A program made the position numbers and the translations under genes. DNA of 64,000 bases from Hemiscyllium ocellatum (Eukaryota), in the NCBI RefSeq assembly GCF_020745735.1, contig NC_083437.1:9734001-9798000 (forward strand), given 5' to 3'. This document shows, in pieces, positions 13,745 through 26,255 of the stretch (positions are counted from its first letter, which is position 1; each line of letters starts with the position of its first letter). The notes under the pieces were generated by a model. It saw only the letters and a program-made list of their open reading frames with translations. It searched no databases and was not told the origin of the DNA.

Positions 13745-14370
13745 AACAAAAAGGCTAATGTGAAGTTGCCCTTTGCTCTAAGGCAGGTGTGGAATACAAA
13801 CTGGGTGGAAGTTATATTATAGTCATACGCACCTCTGGTGAGACTTTATGTAGACTGGATTCATTCTGAGCACCGCAGGTCAGAAAAGGTATATTGGAGG
13901 ATGTGTGGTGCTGTTTCACTGGAATAGCACCAAGTCCAAAAGGTTGAGTTACTCTGACAGGTTGCATATGCTTGCATTCACTTCAGTTTTGAAGATTAGG
14001 GATTGATTAAATTGGGATATTGTGGGGGATATATACAGTGGACAGACAAACTGTCGCAGCCCATTCTTTTTGCAGTTTTGAGCTAGCAATGAATAGTCCA
14101 GAAATGAAGGCTGACCTTTGTAGGAGTGAAATTAGGAAGCACTTGTATGCAAACAGGACCATGAAAAATAAAGATCATGAAAAGTTTAAACTTTCCTGAT
14201 CAATTATGGCTTTTAAAACTGAGATTGAGAGATTTTGTTTTGCTATCAAAGTAAGTTAAGAGATATAGGGCAAAGGCAAGTATATGGGGTTAGGTTGCAT
14301 AGGAGCAATGAACTCATTGACAGCTGGAATATGCTTGAGGGAATAAATGACTGACTTTTTCTTTATTCTG
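13745..14370 (+). mobile_element. Old CR1 3' fragment
   Basis: Decayed KANxxL..LVR..FW coding remnants followed by a CR1 3' UTR. Confidence 0.6.
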
Positions 14371-14889
14371 ATAAGAGATTTCCTCCCTCAACTATTGGCA
14401 TGTTGAGATAATACCATATATTCCTCAGAATTTATATGTCTTGAGCATACTTAGCCAGTAAATGACTTGAATCTGATTTATAGTGAAACTATTCACTTTA
14501 CTTGGCAGAAATTTTGTCTAGTGAGGGCTTAAGCCTTCCCTTGTGACTACTGGGAGAAAGTCATCATTGAGAATGCTTACTGTATTGAGCTCATCCTCAA
14601 TTTCAAGCCTACTGCTGTTTTGTTTAATGGGCTGCTCTTCTCCCCTGATTGGCGCATTGCTGTAATGGTACAGGATGAGAGATCTGTAAATTAGAGAAGC
14701 ACATTAGTCTTTGATATTCTTTGGTGTACTTCCCATCCTCAGTGTTCTGCTTGGTAACTTCAACAGCAGACAAAGGGTGGTCTGTTGACAGGAGAAAAGT
14801 TTGATGAGCAAGGCATTGTACTGTGGACCACTAAGTCACAGTGTTGTCACGATGCAGGCAAAGGCTATCTTGCCCATTTTGAATGCACC

Positions 14890-15240
14890 AGGATCTGTAC
14901 AGTGCCAATTTTCAGCCCTTTCCCTGTAACCCTTTAGATTGTTTCTTTTTAAATAATCATCCAGTTCCTTCTTGAAAGCCTAAATTGAACTTGCCTGCAC
15001 CACACTTTGAGGCAATAGATTCCATCCCCTAGCTACTTGCTGAGTGAAAACTAAATTTTCTCAGCACAAAATTGCAATGTGTGCAAAACACTTTGAGAAC
15101 ATGAGGGCATGGTTTCAATCTGTTTACAAGTAGGAAGAGTTTTTCTCTGTCCAGACCCCTCTTGATTTTGAAAACTTCTATTAAGTCTTCTCTTAGCCTT
15201 CTCTCTGCAAGGAAGACAATCCCAACAGGTCATCAACATA
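14890..15240 (-). mobile_element. Old CR1 3' fragment
   Basis: Reverse-strand similarity to the CR1 C-terminus (RRLRxDLIEVFKI). Confidence 0.55.
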
Positions 15241-15289
15241 AACTAACAAAGACTAACTTTCATTCTTGCTCAATACTGGGTATGTATTA

Positions 15290-17520
15290 TCTTACCCGAG
15301 GGACCGACTGGGATGCTGAAGATCCCTCTGTCACCCATTCACTAGGAAGGGAAGAAATGAACCAAAATACAATGAAAGCATAGTACTGCAGATGCTGGCA
15401 AGCTGAAATAAACAAAAGTGGTGAAAGCACGCTTTGCAACTGATGTGAGGTAGAAATCAAGCATTGTTTTTATTTCCCTGCGATAAAGTTGCCACCAAAA
15501 TGCAATCAGGCGTCTTTAACAGTTTCATCCCCTGACATTGTCTAAGTTCACCAGCAAACGTAAAATGGCCACTTGAGTTTAGATATTTCAGTGTTGCTGA
15601 GACTTCAGCAGTAATACTTCGGTAAGACTCTACTTCCACAAAACATAGAGGCTAGGATGAAGTGGGAAGAGAAAATTGATGGCAGAGTTCCCTGTGGGTG
15701 CTAAGTGGTGGTTCTATTATAACAGCAAGTCTTCAATACAGAGCTATCCGGGAACAGGTATTCCCAAATAGAGTTGAACTGCCACTAATATTTGTTTGTC
15801 TGCAGTTATCCCATCCCCAGCATTCTTCATCTCAGTACTTAACTACAGGCCTTCCTACGAGCAGAACATTGCTGAGGCAGGTTAGTGGTCACCGTACACA
15901 TTCAAAAATGACTTCAATCCACCAGGTACGAGTTTCAGTGAGTAACAAGAAGAACGTTTCCTATTTCTGTTTTGAGAATAATTTTTCAGTGAGTTACCCA
16001 GAGGAATTGGGAAAATTTGCTACCATTCGTTGTTATTGGCTAATCCATTTCAGGCACATTTCCTTTAAAACTATATTTACAGCTCTATGAGATTCAAACA
16101 ACATCTCTGTCAGAGTAAATATCTACATGAAAGAGATATCCTATTGTATTAATTTATTATTTGAAAATTATGTTTAATATCACTCAATAAGACTCTTCTT
16201 TTGCCTGTTACATACGTCAGGAACATTGAACATATATGCACACCCCTGTTTTGTTCAGCTTTCTCCTACATCGTTGCCTATTGTTATTCACCAGTCCGAT
16301 TTCTGCTGCATATTTCACTGAAAGAACTTGCAGGTAACATTCTTCTCAAAAAGAATTCATCAAGATACAGTCACAACAATAGTGGCCCTGTCATTTGGAA
16401 AAAATAAAACTCACAAAAATGTCAGAATGTTACATGTTTCTTTCATTCTCAAAATACCCTTATGACTTCCTCATCACCAAGCGATACCAAGTGTACTCCT
16501 CCCCCATTCTCCAGCATATCCCAGACTTTAAGACGATCCTCCCCAGATAGTCATGGATCATCTTGCTCACTGCGGCCCAATGTGTTCAGTTGAATCCTCC
16601 CTGCACTGCAGCTTGTATGAGTCATCGTTTTGCCAACCAGTTCTGAGCCTTTGCCAGTCCTACTTGAGTGTCACTGCAGCTTCACACACTATCTTCTCTT
16701 CCATTCACTGCTTGTCCCGGTCATAGGTGAGCCTTAGGTTTTGTCACTTACATCTTTATTACCTTCTTCTCACTCCAGAATTCAATACATGCTCCCTTCT
16801 ATCTCATTGTGAAAAGAAGTTGCAATTGATTTTCTGATTGTTTGCAGAAACCTTGTTGTTCAAGGAACCAATTCGTGCACTTAAACTGTAAGCATGTTCA
16901 TTAAAACTTGCAGCAGTTTAATAGACTTTTTGCTGAAATAATCATTTTAAAATAATGGAAAATATCTGCAAAATAACCAAACCTAATCAGAGACATACAA
17001 GTCAAGTATTACATGCTGAAGTTTAAAAAAAATTATAGAGAAATTTTTAAAAAATTATAAATCTGGTTGGTACTTTCAAATTATGTTTACCTTTTCTAAG
17101 CCTTAAACAAAGCCCTACATTGTAACTATAGATATTGTATCATAGTATGAGCCATTTATAACTGTCTTATAAAAGTCACAAGGGTACAGAGTGTACGTTT
17201 GGACTGGAAAATAATGACGCATAATTTGAGTTTTATAACAGTTTGAACCCAATATGCTTTGAAGCCAACTTTGTTATGGCTCAAATAGGCATGAAAATGA
17301 ATCTTTGTGTGTAGGATGTGATGACAAGTGTAGCACAATAGACCTGAATGATTCCTACAGACCTGCCTCAATTTAAATTGTACTGTACTGTGGAATCTGA
17401 CAACTACAGAAGAGCTATGAGGCAATATGATAATCTGAAGACTTCTAATGAGGCATGCCTTAACTAGAGGAAATGACAGGGCAGTCAAAGGAAGTGTTGA
17501 TGAACAGCAAATGCAGAGGA
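15290..17520 (+). repeat. Tandem segmental duplication, copy 1 (~2.2 kb, contains exon 15806-15925)
   Basis: Colinear with 17580-20485 from ggatgctgaagat through ggaagtgttgatgaacagc. Confidence 0.92.
15806..15925 (+). CDS. NPHP4: Probable NPHP4 linker exon (120 nt, phase 0->0): LSHPQHSSSQYLTTGLPTSRTLLRQVSGHRTHSKMTSIHQ
   Basis: Branch-like CTAAT at 15784, acceptor tttgtttgtctgcag| and donor CAG|gtacga. Starts LS.. and ends ..Q like the human LSISQL.. exon. An alternative in-frame donor CAG|gttagt at 15881 would give 75 nt. Confidence 0.6.
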
Positions 17521-17934
17521 TGGTGTCATATACATAGGCCATCAAACACTGGTTTGATTCTTGCTCTGTGCTGAGTTTATCTTGCATGAGGTATGAACTA
17601 GGATGCTGAAGATTCCTTTGACACCTGTTAGCTAGGAAAGGAAGGAACCAACCAAAATTCAATAAAAGTGAAGTATCCCACCCCCTGACATTGCCTAGAT
17701 TCACAAATACAAAATGGCCACTTGACTTGGGATTCGGTATTACTGAGACTTCAGATTCTACTTACACAAAATGTGGAGGCAGGGGTTAAGGTGGGAAGAG
17801 AATATTGCAGATAGAGGTTCCTGTGGCTACTAAGTAACGATTGTGTTATAACAGCAAGATTTCAACACAGAGTTGTTGGGAAACAAATTTTCCCAAATAG
17901 AGTTGAGCTGCCACTATTATTTATTCATCTGCGG

Positions 17935-18054
17935 TTACCCCGTTCCCAGCAGTCTTCATTTCGGTACTCATCTACAAGTCTTCCTAGGAACAGAACTTTG
18001 CGGGGGCAGTTTAGTGGTCACCGTATACCCTCAAAAATGACTACAATTCACCAG
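17935..18054 (+). pseudogene. Duplicated copy of the 15806-15925 exon (pseudo-exon or cryptic alternative exon): LPRSQQSSFRYSSTSLPRNRTLRGQFSGHRIPSKMTTIHQ
   Basis: Ungapped 120-nt match with 21 substitutions and no stops. Acceptor ctgcag changed to ctgcgg and CTAAT to CTATT. Donor CAG|gtagga is retained. Confidence 0.75.
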
Positions 18055-19005
18055 GTAGGAGTTTCAGTGATTAACAAGAAGAACTTTTCCTATTTCTACT
18101 TTGAGAAAAAGTTTTTAGTAAGTCAGGTGGAGGAATTTGAAACATTTGCTTTGTTCAACATTATTGGCCTCTCCATTTCAGGCATATTTTCTTTTAAAAC
18201 TACCTTTAATCCATGAGATCCAAATAGTCCCTTTGAACTGGAAATATCAACATGAAAGAAGATGTCTGATTATGTTAATTTATTATTTGAAAGTTATATT
18301 CAATATCTCTCAATAAGGCCTTTCTTTTGCTTGTTAAGTACATCAGGAACATTGAACATATATTCAAATTCCTGTTTTATTCAGCTTTGTTATTCACCAA
18401 TCCTATTTCTGCTGCATATTTCACTGAAAGAATTTGCAGGTAACATTCTGCTCAAAAACAATTCATCAAGATACAGTCACAACAATAGTGGCCCTGCCAT
18501 TTCAAAAAATAAAATTCACAAAAATGCCAGTATGTTACAGTTTTTTCATCCTCAAAATACCCTTATGACTACCTCATCACCATGCGATACCAAGTGTACA
18601 CATCCCCCATTCCCCAGCATATCCCAGACTTTATGACGATCCTCCCCAGATAGTCCTGGATCATCTTGCCCACTGCGGCCCAATGTGTTGAATTGAATCC
18701 TCCCTGCACTGCAGCTTGTATGAGTCATCGTTTCGCTGGCCAGTTCTGGGCCTTTGCCAGTCCTACTTCAGTGTCACTGCAGCTTCATACACTATCTTCT
18801 CTTCCATTCACTGCTTGTCCCGGTCATAGGTGAGGCTCAGGTTTTGCCACTTACATCTTTCTTGCCTTCTTCGCACTCCTGAAACTTGCACCAGAATTCA
18901 ATATGAGCTTCATTCTATCTCCTTTTGAAAAGAAGTTGCAATAGATTTTCTGATTATTTTCAGGAAACTTTGTTGTTCAAAGGAACCAATTCATGCACTT
19001 AATGT

Positions 19006-19853
19006 CATAGAGTCATAGAGATGTACAACATAGAAACAGACCCTTCGGTCCAACCCGTCCATGCCGACCAGATCTCCCAAACCAATCGAGTCCCACCTGC
19101 CAGCATCTGGCCCATATCCCTCCAAACCCTTCCTGTTCATATATCCATCCAAATGCCTCTTAAATGTTGCAATTGTACCAGCCTCCACTACCTCCTCTGG
19201 CAGCTCATTCCATACACGTACCACCCTGTGTGTGAAACAGTTGCCCCTTAGGTCTCTTTTATATCTTTCCCCTCTCACCCTAAACCTATGCCCTCTAGTT
19301 TTGGACTCCCCGACCCCAGGGAAAGACTTTGCTTATTTATCCTATCTATGTCCCTCATAATTTTGTAAACCTCTATAAGATCACCCCTCAGCCACCGATG
19401 CTCCAGAGAAAACAATCCCAGCCTGTACAGCCTCTCCCTATAGCTCAAACCCTCCACCCCTGGCAACACCCTTCTAAATCTTTTCTGAACCCTTTCAAGT
19501 TTCACAACATCTTACCAATAGGAAGGACACCAGAATTGCATGCAATATTCCAACAGTGGCCTAACCAATGTCCTGTGCAGCCACAACATGACCTCCCAAC
19601 TCCTGTACTCAATACTCTGACCAATAAAGGAAAGCATACCAAATGCCTTCTTCACTATCCTATCTACCTGCAACTCCACTTTCAAGGAGCAATGAACCTG
19701 CACTCCAAGATCTCTTTGATCAGCAACACTCTCTAGGACCTGACCATTAAGTGTGTAAGTCCTGCTAAGATTTGCTTTCCCAAAATGCAGCACCCCGCAT
19801 TTATCTGAATTAAACTCCATCTGCCACTTCTCAGCCCATTGGCCCATCGGGTC
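19006..19853 (-). mobile_element. 5'-truncated CR1 LINE
   Basis: Minus ORFs WAEKWQMEFN, LVRPLLEYC and RLRGDLIEVYKI-like. (CTCTATGA)n tail. 5-bp TSD AATGT at 19001-19005 and 19854-19858. The empty site is visible in duplication copy 1. Confidence 0.95.
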
Positions 19854-20939
19854 AATGTGTAAGCATGTTCCTTAAAATTTGCACCGTTTTAATAGAATTT
19901 TTGCTGAAATAATCATGCAATGAAAAATATCTGCAAATTAACCAAACTTAATCAGAGACATGCAAGTCAAATATTACATGCTTGATTTTTAAAAACATTT
20001 TGTAGGGAAATGAAATACAAAAAATGATGTAAAGTTCTCCTTGGTGCTTTCATATTATGATTACTTTTTAATCCTTAAAGCTTTACATGTTAACTATGGA
20101 TATTGTAATCATAATTGGAGCCATCTATAACTGTCTCAAAAGTCAGAAGGGTAGAAAGTTTATATTTGAACCAGAAAATGATAATGTATAATTTTATCCC
20201 ACATTTTAAAGCCAACTTTGTTAAGGCTCAATAAGCATGAAAACAGAATCTTTGTTATAGGATCTGATAACTAGTGTGGTACAATAGACCTGAGTGATTT
20301 CTACAGACCTGCCTCAATATTGTGCTATACTGTGGAAGCTGACAACTACAGCAGAGAAATGGGGCAATATGACAGCCTGGGGACGCAAGAAGACATCTAA
20401 TGAGGCATGTCTTAACTGGAGGAAATGACAGTGTAAAACTTATTAAGGAGTCAGAGGAAGTGTTGATGAACAGCGATTGCTGATGAGGGATCAGGAACAG
20501 TAATAATGGAGGATGTGATCAAGAAAATAATAAAAAAGGAATAAATTATTAACGCCAGATATCAGAAACTGGCATGAAGGCATCTAGGTCAGAGATTAGA
20601 GTAGGCTGAAACTGAAAAAGGATTCAGGGCAATTAGAAAAGGGAGGAAGGAAAAAGGGACGATCACAACTGACAGTTAGAAATAAATGAAAGTTAGATTT
20701 GCAGGGAAGGTAAACTTTGGTAGTAACATAGGGATATGTGGGAGTTGGGGCATCTGCAAGCATTATGATATGCTGTACTTCTGCTGTGGAGCGTTGCCTG
20801 GTGAGACCACGGACTCGTGTAGCTCAACAAAACCTTCCGAGGTCCTAAATTAAAGGGCACCCAGACAGCCACTTCACTCTGTAATCCCTGGGACCTTGAC
20901 TCAACCAATTCCTGTCGCTCCCACCAACCTTGAAGACAG

Positions 20940-23306
20940 TTAGAACATAGAACATAGAACAATACAGCACAGAACAGGCCCTTCGGCCCACGATGTTGTG
21001 CCGAACATCTATCCTAGATTAAGCACCCATCCATGTACCTATCCAATTGCCGCTTAAAGGTCGCCAATGATTCTGACTCTACCACTCCCATGGGCAGCGC
21101 ATTCCACGCCCCCACCACACTCTGGGTAAAGAACCCACCCTTGACATCTCCCCTATACCTTCCACCCTTCACCTTAAATTTATGTCCCCTTGTAACACTC
21201 TGTTGTACCCGGGGAAAAAGTTTCTGACTGTCTACTCTATCTATTCCTCTGATCATCTTATAAACCTCTATCAAGTCACCCCTCATCCTTCGCCGTTCCA
21301 ACGAGAAAAGGCCGAGAACTCTCAACCTATCCTTGTACAACGTATTCTCCATTCCAGGCAACATCCTGGTAAATCTTCTCTGCACCCTCTCCAAAGCTTC
21401 CACATCTTTCCTAAAGTGAGGCGACCAGAACTGCACACAGTACTCCAAATGTGGCCTAACCAATGTCCTGTACAGCTGCAACATCACTTCACGACTCTTG
21501 AATTCAATCCCTCTGCTAATGAACGCTAATACACCATAGGCCTTCTTACAAGCTCTATCCACCTGAGTGGCAACTTTCAAAGATCTATGTACATAGACCC
21601 CAAGGTCCCTCTGTTCCTCCACCTGACTAAGAACCCTACCGTTAACCCTGTATTCCGCATTCTTATTTGTTCTTCCAAAATGGACAACCTCACACTTGGC
21701 AGGGTTGAACTCCATCTGCCACTCCTCAGCCCAGCTCTGTATCATATCTAAGTCCCTTTGCAGCCGCCAACAGCCCTCCTCACTGTCCACAACTCCACCA
21801 ATCTTCGTATCATCTGCAAATTTACTGACCCACCCTTCGACTCCCTCGTCCAAGTCATTAATAAAAATTACAAATAGCAGAGGACCCAGAACTGATCCCT
21901 GCGGAACTCCACTTGTAACTGGGCTCCAGGCTGAATATTTACCATCTACCACCACTCTCTGACTTCGACCGGTTAGCCAGTTTTCTATCCAATTGGCCAA
22001 ATTTCCCTCTATCCCATGCCTCCTGACTTTCCGCATAAGCCTACCATGGGGAACCTTATCAAATGCCTTACTAAAATCCATGTACACTACATCCACTGCT
22101 CTACCCTCATCCACAAGCTTGGTCACCTCCTCAAAGAATTCAATAAGACTTGTAAGGCAAGACCTACCCTTCACAAATCCGTGCTGGCTGTCCCTAATCA
22201 AGCAGTGTCTTTCCAGATACTCATAAATCCTATCCCTCAGTACCCTTTCCATTACTTTGCCTACCACAGAAGTAAGACTAACTGGCCTGTAATTCCCGGG
22301 GTTATCCCTATTCCCTTTTTTGAACAGGGGCACAACATTCTCTACTCTCCAGTCCCCTGGTACCACCCCCGTTGACAGTGAAGACGAAAAGATCATTGCC
22401 AACGGTACTGCAATTTCCTCTCTTGCTTCCCACATAATCCTAGGATATATCCCGTCAGGCCCGGGGGACTTGTCTATCTTCAAGTTGTTCAAAATGTCCA
22501 ACACATCTTCCTTCCTAACAAGTATCTCTTCTAGCTTACCAGTCCGTTTCATACTCTCCTCTTCAACAATACGGTCCCTCTCGTTTGTAAATCCTGAAGA
22601 AAAGTACTCATTCAAGATCTCTCCTATCTCTTCCGACTCAATACACAATCTCCCACTACTGTCCTTGATCGGACCTACCCTCGTTCTCGTCATTCTCATG
22701 TTTCTCACATACGCATAAAATGCCTTGGGGTTATCCTTGATCCTATCCGCCAAGGATTTTTCATGCCCTCTCTTAGCTCTCCTAATCCCTTTCTTCAGTT
22801 CCCTTCTGGCTATCCTGTATCCCTCCACTGCTCTGTCTGAACCCTGTTTCCTCAACCTTATGTAAGCCTCCTTCTTCCTCTTTACTAGACATTCAACCTC
22901 CCTCACACGACCATTTCTTTCCTGCCTGATAGGTACATACATATCAAGGACACGTCGTATCTGCTCCTTGAAAAAGTTCCACATTTCCACCACATCCTTC
23001 CCTGACAGCTTATGCTCCTCAAATCCTGTCTTACAGCATCGTAATTTCCCTTCCCCCAATTGTAAAATCTACCCTGTTGTGCGCACCTATCTCTCTCCAT
23101 AACCAAGGTGAAAGTCACAGAATTGTGGTCACCATCACCAAAATGTTCACCCACTAACAAGCCCATCACTTGTCCCGGTTCATTACCGAGTACCAAATCC
23201 AATATGGCCTCCCCTCTGGTTGGACAATCTACATACTGAGTTAGAAAAGCTTCCTGGACACACTGCACAAACACCACCCCATCCAATCTACTTGATCTAA
23301 AGAGTT
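20940..23306 (-). mobile_element. Young 5'-truncated CR1 LINE; RT domain open (ORF 21014-23059), endonuclease C-terminus in a shifted frame (22903-23286)
   Basis: RT motifs QHGF, DFSKAFD, GVPQGSVLGPLLF and FADD. APE motifs LDLVL and DHNSV. (TTCTATG)n tail. Confidence 0.97.
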
Positions 23307-24409
23307 GAAAAGCAGTACCACACCTTTCAAGAGAATCTCCTGTTAGCTGTGTAGAAGTGAGAGGAAGTTCATTTCTCTATGGATGGCTCAAGAGAAACTG
23401 GCAACAGTGTTGCAAGATGATGAATGATTGGCTATGCTCTGCTGAGGTATGGACCACAGTTTACTCAATGTTTCACGCTGCAGTAAGTGAGAGTTAGCAG
23501 TGTGGGATTGTCACAGTAGAGGATTATCAACAAGAATTGGTTGTCAGGCATCTCCATTAGATGCCCCATTTTCAATCAATATCTGTCATTTCATTGCAGC
23601 TACCAATGTGGCACTACTGCCTTCTCGGTGGCACTGTCTCTTTCACAACTGCCAAGGTTCACACTTAAAAGAAGCCAGAATACTTGGGAGCTCATATACC
23701 ATCAGCTCACTGACAGGCCTGAGTGGTGCTTAACTGGACAGTGACAGGCCATCCCCGTGATCAAGGGCTGGGGTGGAGGAGTAGTTCTGTTGGATGGAGC
23801 TGTCACTTGGGAGGCTGTGGCAGCTGCTGGTACGATACCCACCCAGGGTCTATTACCACTAGATCCAGGCCACAAGTAAGTGACGGCTGGAGCAGGGTCA
23901 ATGGGTACCTCTATTGGGCAATATGTGCTGTTAGACTGTGATAAAGTGATAGGCTTTGCTTATTATATTTCCAACATTATGTGCCCACGTAAGGTCCTCA
24001 TCTGACGGTGGGGCAGGAAGGAGCTACACGGGCTTCCCAACTCTGACTGAATCAGGGTGAGGGTACACCAGCCTCCTGCCTGATTAAATGCCTCCTGCAC
24101 TGCTAAATTTATCACAAGAAGAATATCTCAAGTTCCACTCCATATGACAATGTCAAGGTTGCAAGCGTTTTCCATTGTGCTCCTGTTGGGTGAGACGCTA
24201 GAACGATGAGACTACTGGTCAGATAGAAATAAACATGTGGGCTTCATCTTTATGGCTTTGATTTAGCAGGGAAACGTTGCGATATTTTAGAAATGCTGTT
24301 TTGTGAATGGAATAAATTATTAGCCTGCTTATCTCAACAATTGTGGTTGACTTTTAAACAGATTAATGAATAAGTGAAATGACAGCCAGTCTTTTTTGTC
24401 TATATTTCT

Positions 24410-24575
24410 GCATTGGATACGGGCACCACTGATCAAGCCATCACTTCTTGCCCATCCCTAATTGCCCTGGAGAAAGTGGTGTTGAGCTGCTGCCTTGAAC
24501 TGATGTGTCAATAGGGTGTGGGTACACCCATAGTGCGTAGGGAGTTCCAAGATTTTGACCAAGTGACAGTAAAAG
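24410..24575 (-). mobile_element. 3' fragment of a CR1/L2-group LINE, same family as 48043-48882
   Basis: ttgcccatccctaattgccctggagaaagtggtgttgagctgc is shared with 48093-48140. Confidence 0.6.
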
Positions 24576-26255
24576 AACCTTGTGTACCTTGTGTGAGTGG
24601 GCGCTGCGATGAACAGAACAAATCTATTTGAGATAACAAGTAGAGATTAATTGGCTGCAAAATTTGCAGGAACAGTAAGATGTCATACCAAATACGGTGG
24701 AAATGTAACCCCACCCAGCCCCCCACCCCACCCATGGATAAGTTAGCGAAAGCAGGATGTAACTGAGTTATATAAGATCCCAGGGTTGATTAATACCTTG
24801 CACTGGCTGGTTTCAACCACAGTGGCAGAGGATATGCAGAAGCTGACTTCAGTACCTTGACTCAGCAGGGGGAAGCTCCAATCTAAACTTCAATGCTAAT
24901 CGCTGCTTATTGACTCAGGCAAGCAAGAGCTTAGTTGGGACAGGATCTGCCTTGGCTGTGGTGCCTCTGTAGTTAAATAGTCTAGATTCGCCTGAATGAG
25001 GTCCTGGCAAACAACTGGCCAGCATGGAAAGATATTCGGACATACATCAATGCCTTTAGAGGTTTGGATGTAAAATGTCAAAATCCCATACTTCAAAAAT
25101 ATTTCATTGTCGAGCATTCTGACACATTCAGTGGTTGTGAAAGGTGCTATACAAATGCAAATATATTTTTACACGTTAACTTGATACAGTTACGTATATT
25201 CAGAGCTACCACAAAGCTATATCTGCTATAGTTGCAGAGGAGTCCCAGGACTGGACGTCATGTGACTATTTGGCATCAGTAATGAAGTCAAATGCTGAAC
25301 TTGCACATTCCTTGAATTTCACTGTGCATTAGGTTTAACTGCAGTCATATCTAGTTAAAAATGTACTCGATAAATCTCTTGAACCCCTTGGCACTTTTCA
25401 GACTTATCCCAGGGTTGACATCAAAGTTCAAAAAGTGCTGATGCTCCCAATCTCCAAACACGTATTTTTAAACAGCCGGGAAGAGAGCTTTGTGCAAAGC
25501 TGCAGTCATGTATGTATGTACACGTGCTACTGACAGAAACAAGGTACTAACCTGATGGACCGAGAATGCAGCTGTGAGTATCAGGTTGGTAGTTAGGAGG
25601 TATATTCAACCACTGGAAAAGCCCAGCCTTTTTGAAAGTTGGCAATCAGCTACGTCCAATTGAATGGTCATTGATCATTCAATATGACCATAGTGAGTGA
25701 GATACAGCAATTCTCTACCAAACCAATAACTTTTTGTTTTAAGATAATTATCGAATTTCTTATTGAAAAAAATTGCTCAATTGTATTTCTGATAATTCAA
25801 ATTAATGCAAATTCTGTTATGCTCCTTCAGATCCCATGAGCTTGTGTGAATATCACTGTGGAGATATAGAGCATCGATGATAAATGAGCTGGACATTGGA
25901 TGTAGTTTGCACCATTAATTACCATCATGCAACAGGACTGTCTAGCTGGAAAACTTTATAAACAGGGAATTATTAATAGCTTGTTGTTCCCTTCTTACAA
26001 TGTTACCTTTTCCTGAACAGGAATCGAAAGAATGCAAAATTAGGTTGTGTGAAGGAATCCTGAATCCTTTTCTGATGGCTGGTTAGTTGTGCAGTTTCAT
26101 GTACATCAGCATGACATTGTCATTAAAATTATCTGCAGTCGATTTAAAGGGGCACCACCATGTAGAAATGCAGTGCAGGGAAAACCGTCAGAACTTGTAG
26201 ATACAAAGAAATTGCAGAATCAACGATGACCAACAAGATTATCCGCTGTTGGTGT

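Larger units (their letters stand above)
17580..20485 (+). repeat. Tandem segmental duplication, copy 2 (with a CR1 insertion at 19006-19853)
   Basis: Colinear with copy 1 once the CR1 is removed. Confidence 0.92.

Noticed and set aside
16259-16333. AG/GT-bounded 75-nt segment (cag|...cag|gtaaca) as an NPHP4 exon
   Set aside because: It has a stop in the required phase-0 frame, and the paralogous copy has a 20-nt deletion.
17156-17704. 182-aa minus-strand ORF
   Set aside because: It spans the duplication junction, has no recognisable motif, and the paralogous region has indels.
21033-22718. Plus-strand ORFs over CR1 copies, and similar ORFs over PLEs and HE1
   Set aside because: These are antisense or alternative-frame shadows of retroelement sequence that recur in every copy.
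21014-23059. 681-aa ORF as a host or domesticated gene
   Set aside because: It is a truncated CR1 ORF2 with the CR1 3' UTR and tail attached. The start codon arises from a frameshift.
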